Below the pieces are notes generated by a model. That model saw only the letters and a program-made list of their open reading frames with translations. It had not been told where the DNA came from and searched no databases. A program made the position numbers and the translations under genes. A stretch of 64,000 nucleotides of DNA from Phyllobates terribilis (Eukaryota). Of the stretch, positions 1 through 11,453 are shown piece by piece. The stretch covers positions 231,508,001 through 231,572,000 of the forward strand of contig NW_027362765.1 of assembly GCF_046119375.1 (NCBI RefSeq), written 5' to 3'. How positions within the stretch are numbered: the stretch's first letter is position 1; every line of letters starts with the position of its first letter.

Positions 1-320
1 TTAAGTAAAAATTTTGATGGGAGAAGTGCGTGTTTAATTTTGTGATTAGACTTCACGTAGCATAGTAGAAACTGCCCAATCTTGTCAATGCTATTCTACA
101 AGGGGGTTAACTGTTCTGGGCAATCCTTTTAATTATATGGGTCTATTTAACATGGGCTAGTCACAGGATGCCACTTGAGGGAACTCGTAGCACTTAGCTG
201 TAATGCGTGGGTAAGTTATAAAATAAAGACACTGTGTACATCAGGGGTCTCAAAATGGGCCGCATAGAAAAAATATGAAGGGCCACGTTCTTTGCGAAAG
301 AAGATTGTTTTCAGTGATAA

Positions 321-578
321 CACGGTGGCTCGGTGGTTAGCATTGCAGCGCTAAGGTTGTGGGTTCAAATCCCACCAAGGACAACATCTGCAAGGAGTTT
401 GTATCTTCTCCCGTGTTTGCGTGGGTTTCCTCCGGGTTCTCCGGTTTCCTCTCACACTCCAAAGACATACTGATAGGGAATCTAGATTGTGAGCCCCAAT
501 GGGGACAGTGATGATAATGTCTGTAAAGCACTGTGGAATTAATGGCGCTATATAAGTGAGTAAAATAAAATAAATACC
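321..578 (+). mobile_element. tRNA-derived SINE, copy 1 (5' end slightly truncated)
   Basis: Pol III A box tggctcggtgg (326-336), B box ggttcaaatcc (362-372), L2-like 3' tail and (aaat)n end; similar copies at 21.8 and 49.1 kb. Confidence 0.85.
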
Positions 579-1072
579 ATTATAATTCTAGATGACTTTC
601 TATAAAAAAAAAATTTTGCATTTTTTTTTTATTCTTTTTAATGGTGTCTATGGTACAGGTCTTTTTTACTTCAATTTTTAAATCAAACAGCATTTTTAGT
701 AGCCAAATATTATTCCATTACTTTTTCATTCTAGATTTTACATTTTTTTAAAATTGTTTTTTCTTACCCCCCCCCCTCCCCCCAATCAGTCCCATACCGT
801 TTTACAAGTAGCCCCATATAGTAATTCTGGCCCCCATCTAGTAATGTCTCTCAGCCTGTAATAATATCCCCAAGCTTGTAATAATGTCCCAATATTTTAA
901 GTAATGTCCACACCCGTGTCCCCTTTTTGTAACAATGCCCCCCATTCTGCTGCTCTTTACATACACACAAAAAATTATTCTCATTAGACCTCGCTCCCTC
1001 AGCAGAGTCCTCTTTGTCCACCACAGCCGGGGCGCTTAGAAATTACTAAATGCGCGCTGACGTCTGTGGCTT

Positions 1073-1658
1073 GTTGCAGAGAAGAGCGACCAAGGTTATT
1101 AGAGGACTGGGGGGTCTGCAATACCAAGACAGGTTATTACACTTGGGGTTATTTACTGTGGAAAAACGAAGGCTTAGGGGTGATCTTATTACTATGTACA
1201 AGTATATGAGGGGACAGTACAAAGACCTGTCTACTGATCTTTTTACTCTGAGGCCAGAGACGGGGACAATGGGGGCATCTTCTACGTCTGGAGGAAAGAA
1301 GGTGTAATCATAATCACAGACGGGGATTCTTTACTGTAAGAGCAGTGAGACTATGGAATTCTCTGCCGCATGATGTTGTAATGAGTGATTCACTATTAAA
1401 ATGTAAGAAGGGCATGGATGCCTTTCTTGAAAAGTATAATATTACAGGTTATAAATACTAGATTCCTTGATAGGACGTTGATCCAGGGAACTAGTCTGAT
1501 TGTCGTATGGAGTCAGGAAGGAATTTTTTCCCCAATGTGGAGCTTAGTGTTTGCCACATGTTTTTTTTTGCCTTCCTCTGGATCAACATGTTAGGCTATG
1601 GGTTGAACTAGATGGACTTAGTTTTTAAGGTTGAAGGAAGACTATGTTACTATGTTAC
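1073..1658 (+). mobile_element. 5'-truncated CR1 LINE (ORF2 C-terminus plus 3' UTR)
   Basis: Peptide QRRATKVIRGL...EKRRLRGDLITMYKY is typical of the CR1 ORF2 end; terminal ctatgttactatgttac repeat. Confidence 0.85.
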
Positions 1659-1899
1659 ATGTGGCCCGCATGCTTGAGACCCCTGGTCTACTTGATGCAT
1701 TAACATGCTGTGTCTTTCAGAGAGGTGCTATTCACCTTTTGTTAGGGTACATCTATGACTTTTTTGACTAGTCAAAAATTAATCAAACCGCCACATGGTT
1801 GTAATACTGGAATATGTTTTTTTACCTCAGCATTTTTGTCGGGTTTCACCTGTAAAAATTTCAGTCTCAAAATACCATTTTGTAGTATAGAGAATAATT

Positions 1900-2140
1900 C
1901 AGCTCATCTGTACCCGGGCTAGTCGAACGGCTGCTTCCTAGGCGGTGGATACGTAGGAAGGGAAAACTAAACCAGTGACCAAAATTGGTTAAAACTTTGT
2001 ATTTATTTCTTCATATATGCCAGGCGGTTCCACAAACAGGAAATTAGACCTCACTTACACGTTTCAGGTACAACTAGCCCTTAATCATAGCATATAAACA
2101 GCTATACGAGCAGTGGTTTAAAAACCTTCCAAAAGTCAGT
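1900..2140 (-). mobile_element. Penelope-like element remnant with degenerate hammerhead ribozyme motif (2052-2092)
   Basis: Minus strand reads tgct-ATGATTA-agggctagttgtacct-GAAAC-gt-GTA-agtg, followed by AATAAA about 50 nt downstream. Confidence 0.55.
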
Positions 2141-2797
2141 CTTGGGGTACGTGCCCACGGACAGGAGCCACTGCGGGTTTGACACTGCATGCTTATGCAG
2201 TGTCAAAACTGCAGCAGCCATATGTTACAGCATAATGGATGGGATTTCTAGAAATCTCATGTCCACTATGTGTCTCCGTGCACCTGCGGCTCACCCGTGG
2301 AAACTGACATGCAGCACGTCTTTCAGGACTGCAGCATGTCAATTTCTCTTGTGGGTCCGCTAATGGACTTCCCCATAGATCATCATCTACGAGGAAAGTC
2401 CGCACGTGAAAAATAAAAAAAAAATGCATCGCTCATTTGCATAATGAGAGGAAGCCGCGTGACTATTCCGCAGTATTGGGGCCGCAGGTGGCTCCTGACC
2501 GTATGCACACACCCAAATGGTATACATATTGATTTATTCATTACTTCTACCTTATGGCTAATCAAGAACCTATCGGGTGCAATTAATGAATAAATCAATG
2601 TTGTATACCATTTGACTGACTTTTGCAAGGTTTTTAAACCACTCAATTTTTTTGCATACAAGAAAAATCTGACATCTGAACGAGGCCTCAGTCATACAGG
2701 ACTCCAGTAAAGATGGTTCCATCAGCTCCAAGTACCACACAAATCACATTAACTAGAAGGAGCATTCAACTCTCAAAATCTATTTAGAAAAAGCCTT

Positions 2798-2944
2798 GGG
2801 CCATGTTCACATGGTCAGTATTTGTATGCCAAAATCAGGATGGAACAATCAGAGGAAAAGTATAATAGAAACACGTCACCACTTCTACATTTTTCACCCA
2901 CTCCTAATTCTGGTTTACAAATACTGACCATGTGAACGTGGCCT
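2798..2944. mobile_element. Fold-back MITE of the ggcc(a)cgttcac family (other copies ~28257-28418, ~54190-54381, 56347-56549, ~63375-63463)
   Basis: Inverted arms ggccatgttcacatggtcagtatttgt / acaaatactgaccatgtgaacgtggcc; core ...gtttctattatacttttcctctgattg... recurs five times in the window; superfamily uncertain (Harbinger-like). Confidence 0.75.
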
Positions 2945-3109
2945 TAGAGCTACATTCTAGTACTAGGGGCACTGTTTATTTCAGTACGATACGTGCACTG
3001 CAGCTTGTTGGAAATATACAGAATACTATAAGGGAATTATAATTTGACTTCTTTAGTTTAGTAGTAAGTATTGAGTTTTTTTTAATCTTCTATTCTTCTT
3101 TTCTCCTAG

Positions 3110-3799
3110 CTGTACACAATTTACCTTCTGCATTCGGGGCAGTATGACCCTTCCCCAGCCTTTATCACTTGCCGATACTCCGATCTTGAACGTTTGAGAA
3201 AAAGCCTGCGCTCACACTATCCTGATGAGATGACGTCTGTCTCCTTCCCTCACAAGCGCTTGCACAAGAACTTCACAGCGGAGACCATAGCAAAGCGTAG
3301 CCGTGCCTTTGAACAGTTCCTGTGTTATGTGTCCTCGGTGCCCTCTCTGAGACAGTCTCCAGAATTCCTGGGCTTCTTTTATTTACAGGACATGCAAAAG
3401 GCGCAGCATCTTACCTGCACAGGCTTATATCAACTGGCACTACCCCTATGGATGAACTGTTGGCGTTTACAGGAGAAGCTTTGTCCAATGGGTCCCTCTA
3501 CTCACAGACTACTTGTACTTGCCGGACTGGTGGTTTGCCACCAAGAGATGGATTCTCTAGCAGATGCACAAGCATTCAGTGAGCGAGCTGTTGTACTTTT
3601 CCGGGATGCACAAGAGCAGAATGTGTCTTTTCTCATTTCTTTCCTACAAGCTCACATACAGCTATCATGGAGAGTAGGAGTGGACAAGAGAAGTTCTGAA
3701 GCTGCCCTACTGAGGCTTCATGAGGCTGGACACCCCACACAAAACGCTCCCACGCTGAAAGAGCTGCTCGTGAGAGAGACAAATCGTATGACTACCTAG
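3110..3799 (+). CDS. SNX21: Sorting nexin 21, last coding exon (PX domain remainder plus PXB/TPR-like helical domain)
   Basis: Acceptor ttctcctag at 3101-3109, phase 0; translation LYTIY...RYSDLERL...FPHKRLHKNFTAETIAKRSRAFEQFL...LKELLVRE resembles human SNX21 throughout; stop TAG 3797-3799. Earlier exons not found in the window. Confidence 0.93.
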   Translation: MYTIYLLHSGQYDPSPAFITCRYSDLERLRKSLRSHYPDEMTSVSFPHKRLHKNFTAETIAKRSRAFEQFLCYVSSVPSLRQSPEFLGFFYLQDMQKAQHLTCTGLYQLALPLWMNCWRLQEKLCPMGPSTHRLLVLAGLVVCHQEMDSLADAQAFSERAVVLFRDAQEQNVSFLISFLQAHIQLSWRVGVDKRSSEAALLRLHEAGHPTQNAPTLKELLVRETNRMTT

Positions 3800-4330
3800 A
3801 GGTGGCCATGTTGGTTCAGGCTGCTCATCACAAGGAAGCACAGAAGCAGAACAACTGAAAATAACATAACTAATCCTCTTGTCTGAAAGTGCACTGCTAT
3901 AGCCAAAAGCAACAAAGAATTTGCACTAAATGCCTTTTCAGGCTTCAAAAAAACCCTCTACTTTGGATGTTCAAGGTGAACTTGTACAGATCCGGTCACG
4001 TTTATGAAAAGGACAGCAGTTGGGTTATGCCCTCCTCTGTTTTTGATGGTGCCTTAACAGTCATTTTCAGACTGAGCGTGCAATGCACAGCACAATGACC
4101 AAATCATCAATGGGCCAGTGCAGAGCAGCAACTGGTCAGTGTGGAAAAGGGAAAATAATGAGCAGACAGCCCCTGCACTTGTCCATATAGCAATTTGTGG
4201 ACATGAAAAAAAAAAAGTCATTATATGGCCAATGGAACCCTAGCCTTATGGATGAAGGGCATTATTACATGGGGGGGGTGAGGGGGAGGAAGGAGTCTGA
4301 CTCCACAAGGTCTTCAATAATTAGAACAAA

Positions 4331-4339
4331 TTTATTAAA
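4331..4339. terminator. Overlapping poly(A) signals: AATAAA on - (ACOT8) and ATTAAA on + (SNX21)
   Basis: Sequence tttattaaa between the convergent stops at 3799 and 4483, with T-rich flanks on both strands. Confidence 0.5.
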
Positions 4340-4482
4340 ATATTTTTTTTGCTATTTACAATTAAGAGGATTAGATCATTGATGCTGGAGCTGCATCTGA
4401 AGATCTAGACAACATGTCAGGAATGCATTATTCACATCATTGCAAGAATTAGACTGCTGTATTCAGTAGATCTGCGGTGTAT

Positions 4483-4601
4483 TCAGAGTTTACTAGTCTG
4501 AGGAGTCTGCCTTACACGAAAGACACCCTCCTGTGCACATGTGACGGCCAGCACTCCATCTCTTCTCCAAAGGCGTCCATGCACCAGTCCCCGGGAGTTG
4601 C
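4483..4601 (-). CDS. ACOT8: Acyl-CoA thioesterase 8, exon 6 (last)
   Basis: Acceptor AG at 4603-4602; (G)NSRGLVHGRLWRRDGVLAVTCAQEGVFRVRQTPQTSKL-stop; C-terminal SKL is a PTS1. Missed by the ORF track. Confidence 0.95.
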
Positions 4602-6049
4602 CTGTTACAAGAGACATGTAAATTAGAACAGAACTGTATTCTTATACTCTAGTCCATGTTATGGCATTAGATAATAATCCATATTATGTGTATTACTGTG
4701 AACGAGCTCTACCATTGCTTATTCCCACAATAAGGAGCTTTAGTAAATCGGATGTAAAGGAAAATTTGAGCACTTACCTATATATATTTTTTTAAAAAGG
4801 GGGCAACGTTTTTTTTAAACAAACTTTCCCAAAGCCTTAGCTAGACATCCCATGAAGTGTAGACACAGCACCTAACAATCTTAAACCTTCTTGTCTTTGT
4901 GTTTTTAATACTTCCAATATTTGGTGCAATTAGAGGCAATTTATTGTATGGCTGGAATAACACTTGCCATGTTTTTTTAAGCAGAAAAATATACTGCAGA
5001 AATGTATGCCATATATTTTTGTAGGAAGTATATTCATAAAAGGGTTTTCTATGCAGAATTTCATTGCAGACACCAAATGTGATAAGAAATCCATAGTGCA
5101 ATTCTAGTACTTTTTTACTGTTGCAAATTTTATGGTGTATTTTTACTTAACTGAATCAGCCTAAATGATATCTGCTTTAGGCTAAAATCACAGGCCCAAC
5201 TGCACTTTAGCTTAAAGTATACATTTGATGTTTTCACTAACATAAATTAACATTCCCATAGGCCTCAATTGGCTAAGGTGTGTGTTCTTAAGGATTCCAT
5301 TGGGCCAGTATGCATCGGTGTACCATTATTAAACTTTGTAGGGAAGCACAGCAGCTTGTACTTTTCTAGATGGCAGGCTTCTGCAAAATAATGAATGGCA
5401 TGCTGAGGAGGGGGGTTGGAGGGTGGCAATAGCTTCCTGCTGGACAGATACCTAGGTATCCATCCATCCAGACTGTTAGGTGCATATGCTCAGGAGCTTT
5501 ATGCCCGACTGTAGCCAGAAATGCAGCTTGCAAATAGCCTTTAGTTAGTCCAATTTGGTATAAAATAGCGGAACTGGAGGCTCCAAAGCTAAAGAAGTGA
5601 AGTGGATGACCACTATTCTGTTGGTCATAATACTGAAGGATTCCTATGGGGGCCAGTTACAAGAGGAGTAGTAATCTAAGTACAATATATACACTATAGC
5701 CCAGATTCATTAAGACTGGTGTTTTGTACAGAAGTCTTATTGAAGGAAGTGTTGTAGTAAGAGGTTCCAAATTCATTAAAAGGCCATGCCTCAATGAATT
5801 TGGCGCATCCTTCAACCGCCATGCACCACTGCCAGAAATTTTACACCACTTTATCAGTTATGAACATTTCTTGGGAGTACTTGTCCAGGCCCTGTCGGGG
5901 GCTGGTTGGGACTGGCGTCAAAAAACATCAAGTCTCAACAATTTTATGCAATTTAAATTTTCAAACAGTTTCACGCCAGAATTCTGGTGAAAACTGCTTG
6001 ATGAACCGGACCCTATGATTACTTTGTATTCTCCAATTACCACACTCAC

Positions 6050-6241
6050 CTGCCCAGTGGCTTTCACATTCATAAAGCATCCATTCATCCGCCCTGAATG
6101 GAGCGTGGAACCACATGGAGTGGTCGAGCGAGACCATAAATTTAATTTGAAGCTGAAGATGGGGAAGTATCGCGGTTCCCAAGAAAGAGTAGTCTGAAAT
6201 ATAGGCAGCTACGCAGCAGTGCAATCTCATGTCACCCGGAC
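6050..6241 (-). CDS. ACOT8: Acyl-CoA thioesterase 8, exon 5
   Basis: PGDMRLHCCVAAYISDYSFLG...SLDHSMWFHAPFRADEWMLYECES; AG at 6243-6242, donor GTGAGT at 6049; 192 nt, phase 1 at both ends. Confidence 0.95.
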
Positions 6242-7215
6242 CTAGGACGCAGGGCGGGAGGTTCAAGGGAGAGGGGAAAAAAAAGGAAAGTTTAACTATA
6301 ATGTATAGAAGTGTATTTATGATTTACTCATGTACTTTTATCTGTCCAGGAAAGAAGTCCATTGCTTTTTACTGCATTTGTATAACATGTAGACCATGGC
6401 TAGAGCATTTTTATAAGCAGATTGTAAAACCAACATTTTATAAATAAAAGATAAATGGATAGTTGTCTGACTGCATTAAACTCCACACCTTTCTCAAAAT
6501 CTCAGACAAGCTAGAGAAGGGAAGGTTCATTAAAGGAGCACTCTAGCAAAACTGGGCAGCTTGCACTTGCTTTTCACCCATTCCAAAAAACAGCTGCATG
6601 TGATCACGACTGCAGTTAATAGTCTTGGCTGCGCCTGCAAACAAAGCTGGGGTCTATCCGATATGGTAGCTGGTGGGCTAAGGGCAGCTGGCTTCTTCTC
6701 ACAATTAAAAGAGCTGCCTGGCACGACCATTATACTGGGGCATCAGAAATTACATGCTTACTATGCAGTGTTGGAGGAAGGAAGTCAGGTGTGCACCTTT
6801 TCTGCATGCTGGGGAACACTGGGACCGGAAGCTACATTGACTCTCTGGTACCTGCACAGAACAAAAATTGAAGTCTGTGCCCATAGAAGGGCAGAAAAGT
6901 GCAGAGGAGTGACAGCAGGCAGAATGTGCAGGTGTGGGATTTCCAGCCGCGCACCTGACGTAACAAGCACACAGTGAAGAGAGGGGAGAAGACATGTAGT
7001 ATAATGTAGGGAGGAGGCAGTCTTATCCTCCAGGCAGCATATGCCCCATAGCCTGGAAGATCTAATTAAAGCAATAAGATTTTTACAGAACAAGGCATCA
7101 TCCATGAGGCATAGATGTATGACAGTTTCAGCTGTCTACAACCTGTATGCCCATATTAATAGCTCAAATGGGGTGACAGATTCCCTTTAAGGTGTTAGCA
7201 GTGATCGGAGCTTAA

Positions 7216-7528
7216 AGGGGTATTCCCATCTCAAAGATCCTATGTAGTGAGTAGTAATAATATTAGAAAATACCTCCAATTGGAAACGTAGTATAGTTTA
7301 AGATTCACTGTCTTTTCTCATGTGCAGGCTTTGCAGGACCTTGGGTATTCATGGTTGCGACCACTAGCTGTCTCTAATCACTGGCTGTAACCATGGATAC
7401 CCAAGGTCCTGCAATGCTTGCACATGAGGAAAGACAGCGAATCTTAAACTATACTACATTTTTAATAGGAGGTATTTTCTAATATTACACACATATTGGG
7501 ATAGGATCTTGGAGATGGGAATACTCCT
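7216..7528. mobile_element. TTAA-flanked T2/Kolobok-type MITE (related copy ~23865-24200)
   Basis: TTAA at 7212-7215 and 7529-7532; TIRs aggggtattcccatctc / gagatgggaatactcct; internal inverted arms. Confidence 0.8.
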
Positions 7529-7616
7529 TTAACTGTAACAGGCAGATGGTGGCTATGCAACTGTCTGAGCCACTTCACATGCAAGCACCTGACATAGGAT
7601 GTACCAATACATACTA

Positions 7617-9075
7617 CAGTGCTGGTCACCATTATTGGCACACCTTCATTTGTTTTTCATACTGTACACTATTCTCAGAAATAATGTACCAAAGTTATAG
7701 TCAGGATTTTTTAATTGGTCCAAAGTAATAAAACATTGAAATTGCAAAACGTATGTTGAAAAACAAAGAAGAAACAGAATAAACAGCATGTGCAGCAATA
7801 AAGGCCCCCCTAATTAATACTAGGTTGCACACCTTTTGGCAGTGCTGACTGCCTCAAAGTTGCTTGTAGCCATCTAAAAGCTTCTTGCACTTCTCAGCTG
7901 GAATTTTCTCCCACTCTTCCTTTGCAGTTTGTTCAAGCGCTTGGATGTTTGCAGGGTTCTTTTTCCCAATGGCAGATTTCAGCTTACCCCAAAGATTTTT
8001 TTCAATGGGATCAAGGTTAGTTGCTGGCCATTTTAAAACAGTCCATCTTTTTTCTTTCAACCATTCCTGTGTAGTTTTGGATGTGTGCTTTGAGTCATTG
8101 TCTAGCTGGAGGACCCATGATCTTCGACTCAAACCAAGTTTTATTACACTGGGTAGGACATTTCGCTCTAAAATCCTTTTAATCGTTCTGATTTCATGAT
8201 TCCTGTGATACAGTCAAAGCCTCCAGTACCAAACGCAGCAGAGGAACCCCACAGTATTGTGGATCCTCCACCGTGCTTAATTGTTAAGGTGTTCTTTTAC
8301 TTATAAGCTTCATTGCACAGTCTGTAAACAAACTGTTGCTTTGCAAAAGCTCTATTTTTGTTTCATCTGTCCACAGAACATTTTCCCAGAAGGATTGTGG
8401 TTTGTCAAGGTACTCTTTGGCAAAGATGAGTCTTTCCGTTTTAGGTCTTTTCTTCAGCAATGGTTTCTTCCTTGGCCTTCACCCATAAAACTCCGCTTGG
8501 TTTAGTGTGCGGCATATGGTACTTATTGAAACCATGACCCCAGACTGTTCCAGGTTGGCCTTCAGATCTTTGACGTGGTGTTTTTACCACCATTCGCACA
8601 AACCTTCGAAGACATCAATTCCCCCTCCACACACAAGTCCAGGGAGGTTCTTAATGGTTCCATGCTTGGCAAACCTCTTAACATTGCACACTGTTGAAAC
8701 TGGGATACCAAGGTCTTTGGAGATGGCCTTAAACCCTTTGGAAATCCTGTTTGCTAATAGCAGTTCTGATGTTCTCAGACAACTCCTTTTGTCTTCACCC
8801 TGTAAACAGGGCCTACCATATGGCTTTTTAAAACACTGAAGTCATCATTCATTGGCTAATTCATGTCACATGGGCACCGACAATCACAGAATCTCTTGTG
8901 ATTTACCACAGGCAAGTCAAAATATGTTTCCATACTAAGTTGTTTGTAATTTGCTCTTTTGTATTTAACACGAGTGTCTATACAAACAAACTTTCACTTT
9001 ATTCATTTTTTTTCAGGAGATATTCCACATTATGTACTTAAGCTTCATGGGTGCCAATAACTATGAGCAGGACTG
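7617..9075 (-). mobile_element. Decayed Tc1 (DD34E-type) transposon
   Basis: TA-flanked imperfect TIRs cagtgctggtcaccattattggcac / gtgccaataactatgagcaggactg; transposase remnant QLDNDSKHTSKTTQEWLKEKRWTVLKWP at 7854-8132. Confidence 0.8.
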
Positions 9076-9085
9076 TATGTTGGTA

Positions 9086-10697
9086 CAGCGGGTATGGAAA
9101 ATATTCAGACCCCTTAAATTTTTTACTCTTTCATTGCAGCCATTTGGTAAATTCTAAAAAGTTAATTTTTTTTCCCTCATTAAAGTACGCATTGCACCCC
9201 ATTTTGACTGAAAAAAACCAATGTAGAAATGTTTGCAAATTTATTAAAGAAACTGAAATATCACATGGTCATAAGTATTCAGACCCTTAGCTCAAAAGGG
9301 TGCTTCTATTCAATACTGAGCAAGAACAGCCATGAGTCTTCTTGGGAATGATGCAACAAGTTTTTCACACCTGGATTTGGGGATCCTCGGCCATTCTTCC
9401 TTGCAGATCCCCTCCAGTTCCATCAGGTTGGATGGTGAACGTTGGTGGACAGCCATTTTCAGGTCTCCAAAGATGCTCAATTGGGTTTAGGTCAGGGCTC
9501 TGGCTGGGCCAGTCAAGAATGGTCACAGTTGTTCTGAAGCCACTCATTCGTTATTTTAGCTGTGTGCTTAGGGTCATTGTTTTGTTTGAAGGTGAACCTT
9601 CAGCCAAATCGGAGGTCCACAGCACTCTAGAAGAGGTTTTCATCGATATATCTCTGTACTTGGCCGCATTCATGTTTCCTTCAATTGCAACCAGTCGCCC
9701 TGTCCCTGTAGCTGAAAAACACCCCATAGCATAATGCTGCTACCACCCTGTTTCACTGTTGGGATTGTATTGGGCAGGTGATGAGCAGTGCCTAGTTTTC
9801 TCCACACATACCGCTTAGAATTATCACCAAAAAGTTCTATCTTCGTCTCATCAGACCAGAGAATCTTATTCCTCATAGTCTGGGAGTCCTTCATGTGTTT
9901 TTGAGCAAACTCTATGCAGGCTTTCATAGGTCTTGCACTGAGGAGAGGCTTCCGTCGGGCCACTCTGCCATAAAGGCCCGACTGGTGGAGGGCTGCAGTG
10001 ATGGTTGACTTTGTGGAACTTTCTCTCATCTCCCTACTGTATCTCTGGAGCTCAGCCACAGTGATCTTGGGGTTCTTCTTTACCTCTCTCACCATGGCTC
10101 TTCTCCCACGATTGCTAAGTTTGGCTGGACAGCCAGGTCTAGGAAGACTTCTGGTGGTCCCAAACTTCTTCCATTTAAGGATTATGGAGGCCACTGTGCT
10201 CTTAGGAACATTGAGTAATGCAGAAATTCTTTTGTAACCTTGGCCAGATCTGTGCCTTGCCACAATTCTGTCTCTGAGCTCCTTGGGCAGTTCCTTTGAG
10301 CTCATGATTCTCATTTGGCCTGACAAGCACTGTGAGCTGTGAGGTCTTATATAGACAGGTGTGTGCCTTTCCAAATCAAGTCCTATCAGTTTAATTAAAC
10401 ACAGCTAGACTCCAATAAAGGAGTAGAACCAGCTCAAGAAGGATCTCAAGGAAATGCATGTGACTTAAATATGAGTGTCTGAGCAAAGAGTCTGAATACT
10501 TATGACCATGTGATATTTCAGTTTTTCTTTTTTAATAAATTGGCAAAAAATTTCTACATTTGTTTTTTTTCAGTCAAGATGGGGTGCAGAATGTACTTTA
10601 ATAAGAAACAAAAAATGAACTTTAGAATTTACCAAATGGTTGCAATGAAACACAGTGAAAAATTTAAAAGTGGTCTGAATACTTTCCATACCCACTG
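9086..10697 (-). mobile_element. Tc1 transposon with long IR/DR-type ends and frameshifted transposase
   Basis: TA at 9084-85 and 10698-99; TIR cagcgggtatggaaaatattcagacc / ggtctgaatactttccatacccactg; MSSKELPKELRDRIV...WSDETKIELFG and WPSQSPDLNPIEHLW in different frames. Confidence 0.9.
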
Positions 10698-11295
10698 TAA
10701 AGTCGTTAAAAGGTGTTGTCCTGGGGTTACTATTTATGACCTCTTCATAACTTGGGAATAAGAAAAACATTGTTAAGGCCTTAATCCAAAAACAGAGCCA
10801 CACCAATCTGTAGGTTGTGCATTACCCTGTAATGTACCCAACCCAGAGAGTGACAGCATACACTTTATTGCCTGCAATGTTTTGTAGGGGTATTTTGTCA
10901 AGCATTTTTGGTTCCTAACATTAACCACGATGAAGCTGGTTTTCAAAATGAAAGATTTTATTGATGTGCCATGTTACACTGGACAACCTATAAAATACAC
11001 TTAAGTTATAGAGCTGGCACATCACATGTACACAAATACAATTATCCACCTACTGCAACTAAACATGTCTTGCCCTGACTGACACTTTAATGATTATTAC
11101 AAATAATGCTCTAAGGTCAAAGTCAATGTGCAAAGTTCACCTGTGACAAGTTGCCATTGTCCTGCATGTGCAGAAGCGCTTAAAATATTACATTAGAAAC
11201 ACGTACATAAAAGGTCATTACAATAAGCAACATATTCACATAAAATACACATGCTTGTGTTATATATACATACACAAGTGTCTTACTGGCATTAC

Positions 11296-11453
11296 CTATC
11301 AATCCTTTTGCTCGCACCCAAAACATCTGCCGTGGTTCCTGCGGCATACGATGGAACATGTCAGGTGGGTTAACGGGTTTGATCTCAATAGGAACATCTT
11401 GTGCCAAAATTTTATTGAGTCCTAGCCTGTGCTTCTCCACCAGATAGGGATCT
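11296..11453 (-). CDS. ACOT8: Acyl-CoA thioesterase 8, exon 4
   Basis: DPYLVEKHRLGLNKILAQDVPIEIKPVNP...QMFWVRAKGLI; AG at 11455-11454, donor GTAATG at 11295; 158 nt, phases fit neighbouring exons. Confidence 0.95.

Larger units (their letters stand above)
242..1685. mobile_element. Non-autonomous hAT (Charlie-like) element hosting a SINE and a CR1 fragment
   Basis: TIRs caggggtctcaa (242-253) and ttgagacccctg (1674-1685); flanking 8-mers gtgtacat/gtctactt match 6/8 (decayed hAT TSD); degenerate gtaataatgtcccc repeats at ~800-945. Confidence 0.6.

Noticed and set aside
321-400. tRNA gene suggested by A and B boxes
   Set aside because: No complete cloverleaf; it continues into a SINE body repeated elsewhere in the window.
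1-3109. Upstream SNX21 coding exons
   Set aside because: No exon ending in an SKYV-like PX segment with a phase-0 donor was found; presumably left of the window.
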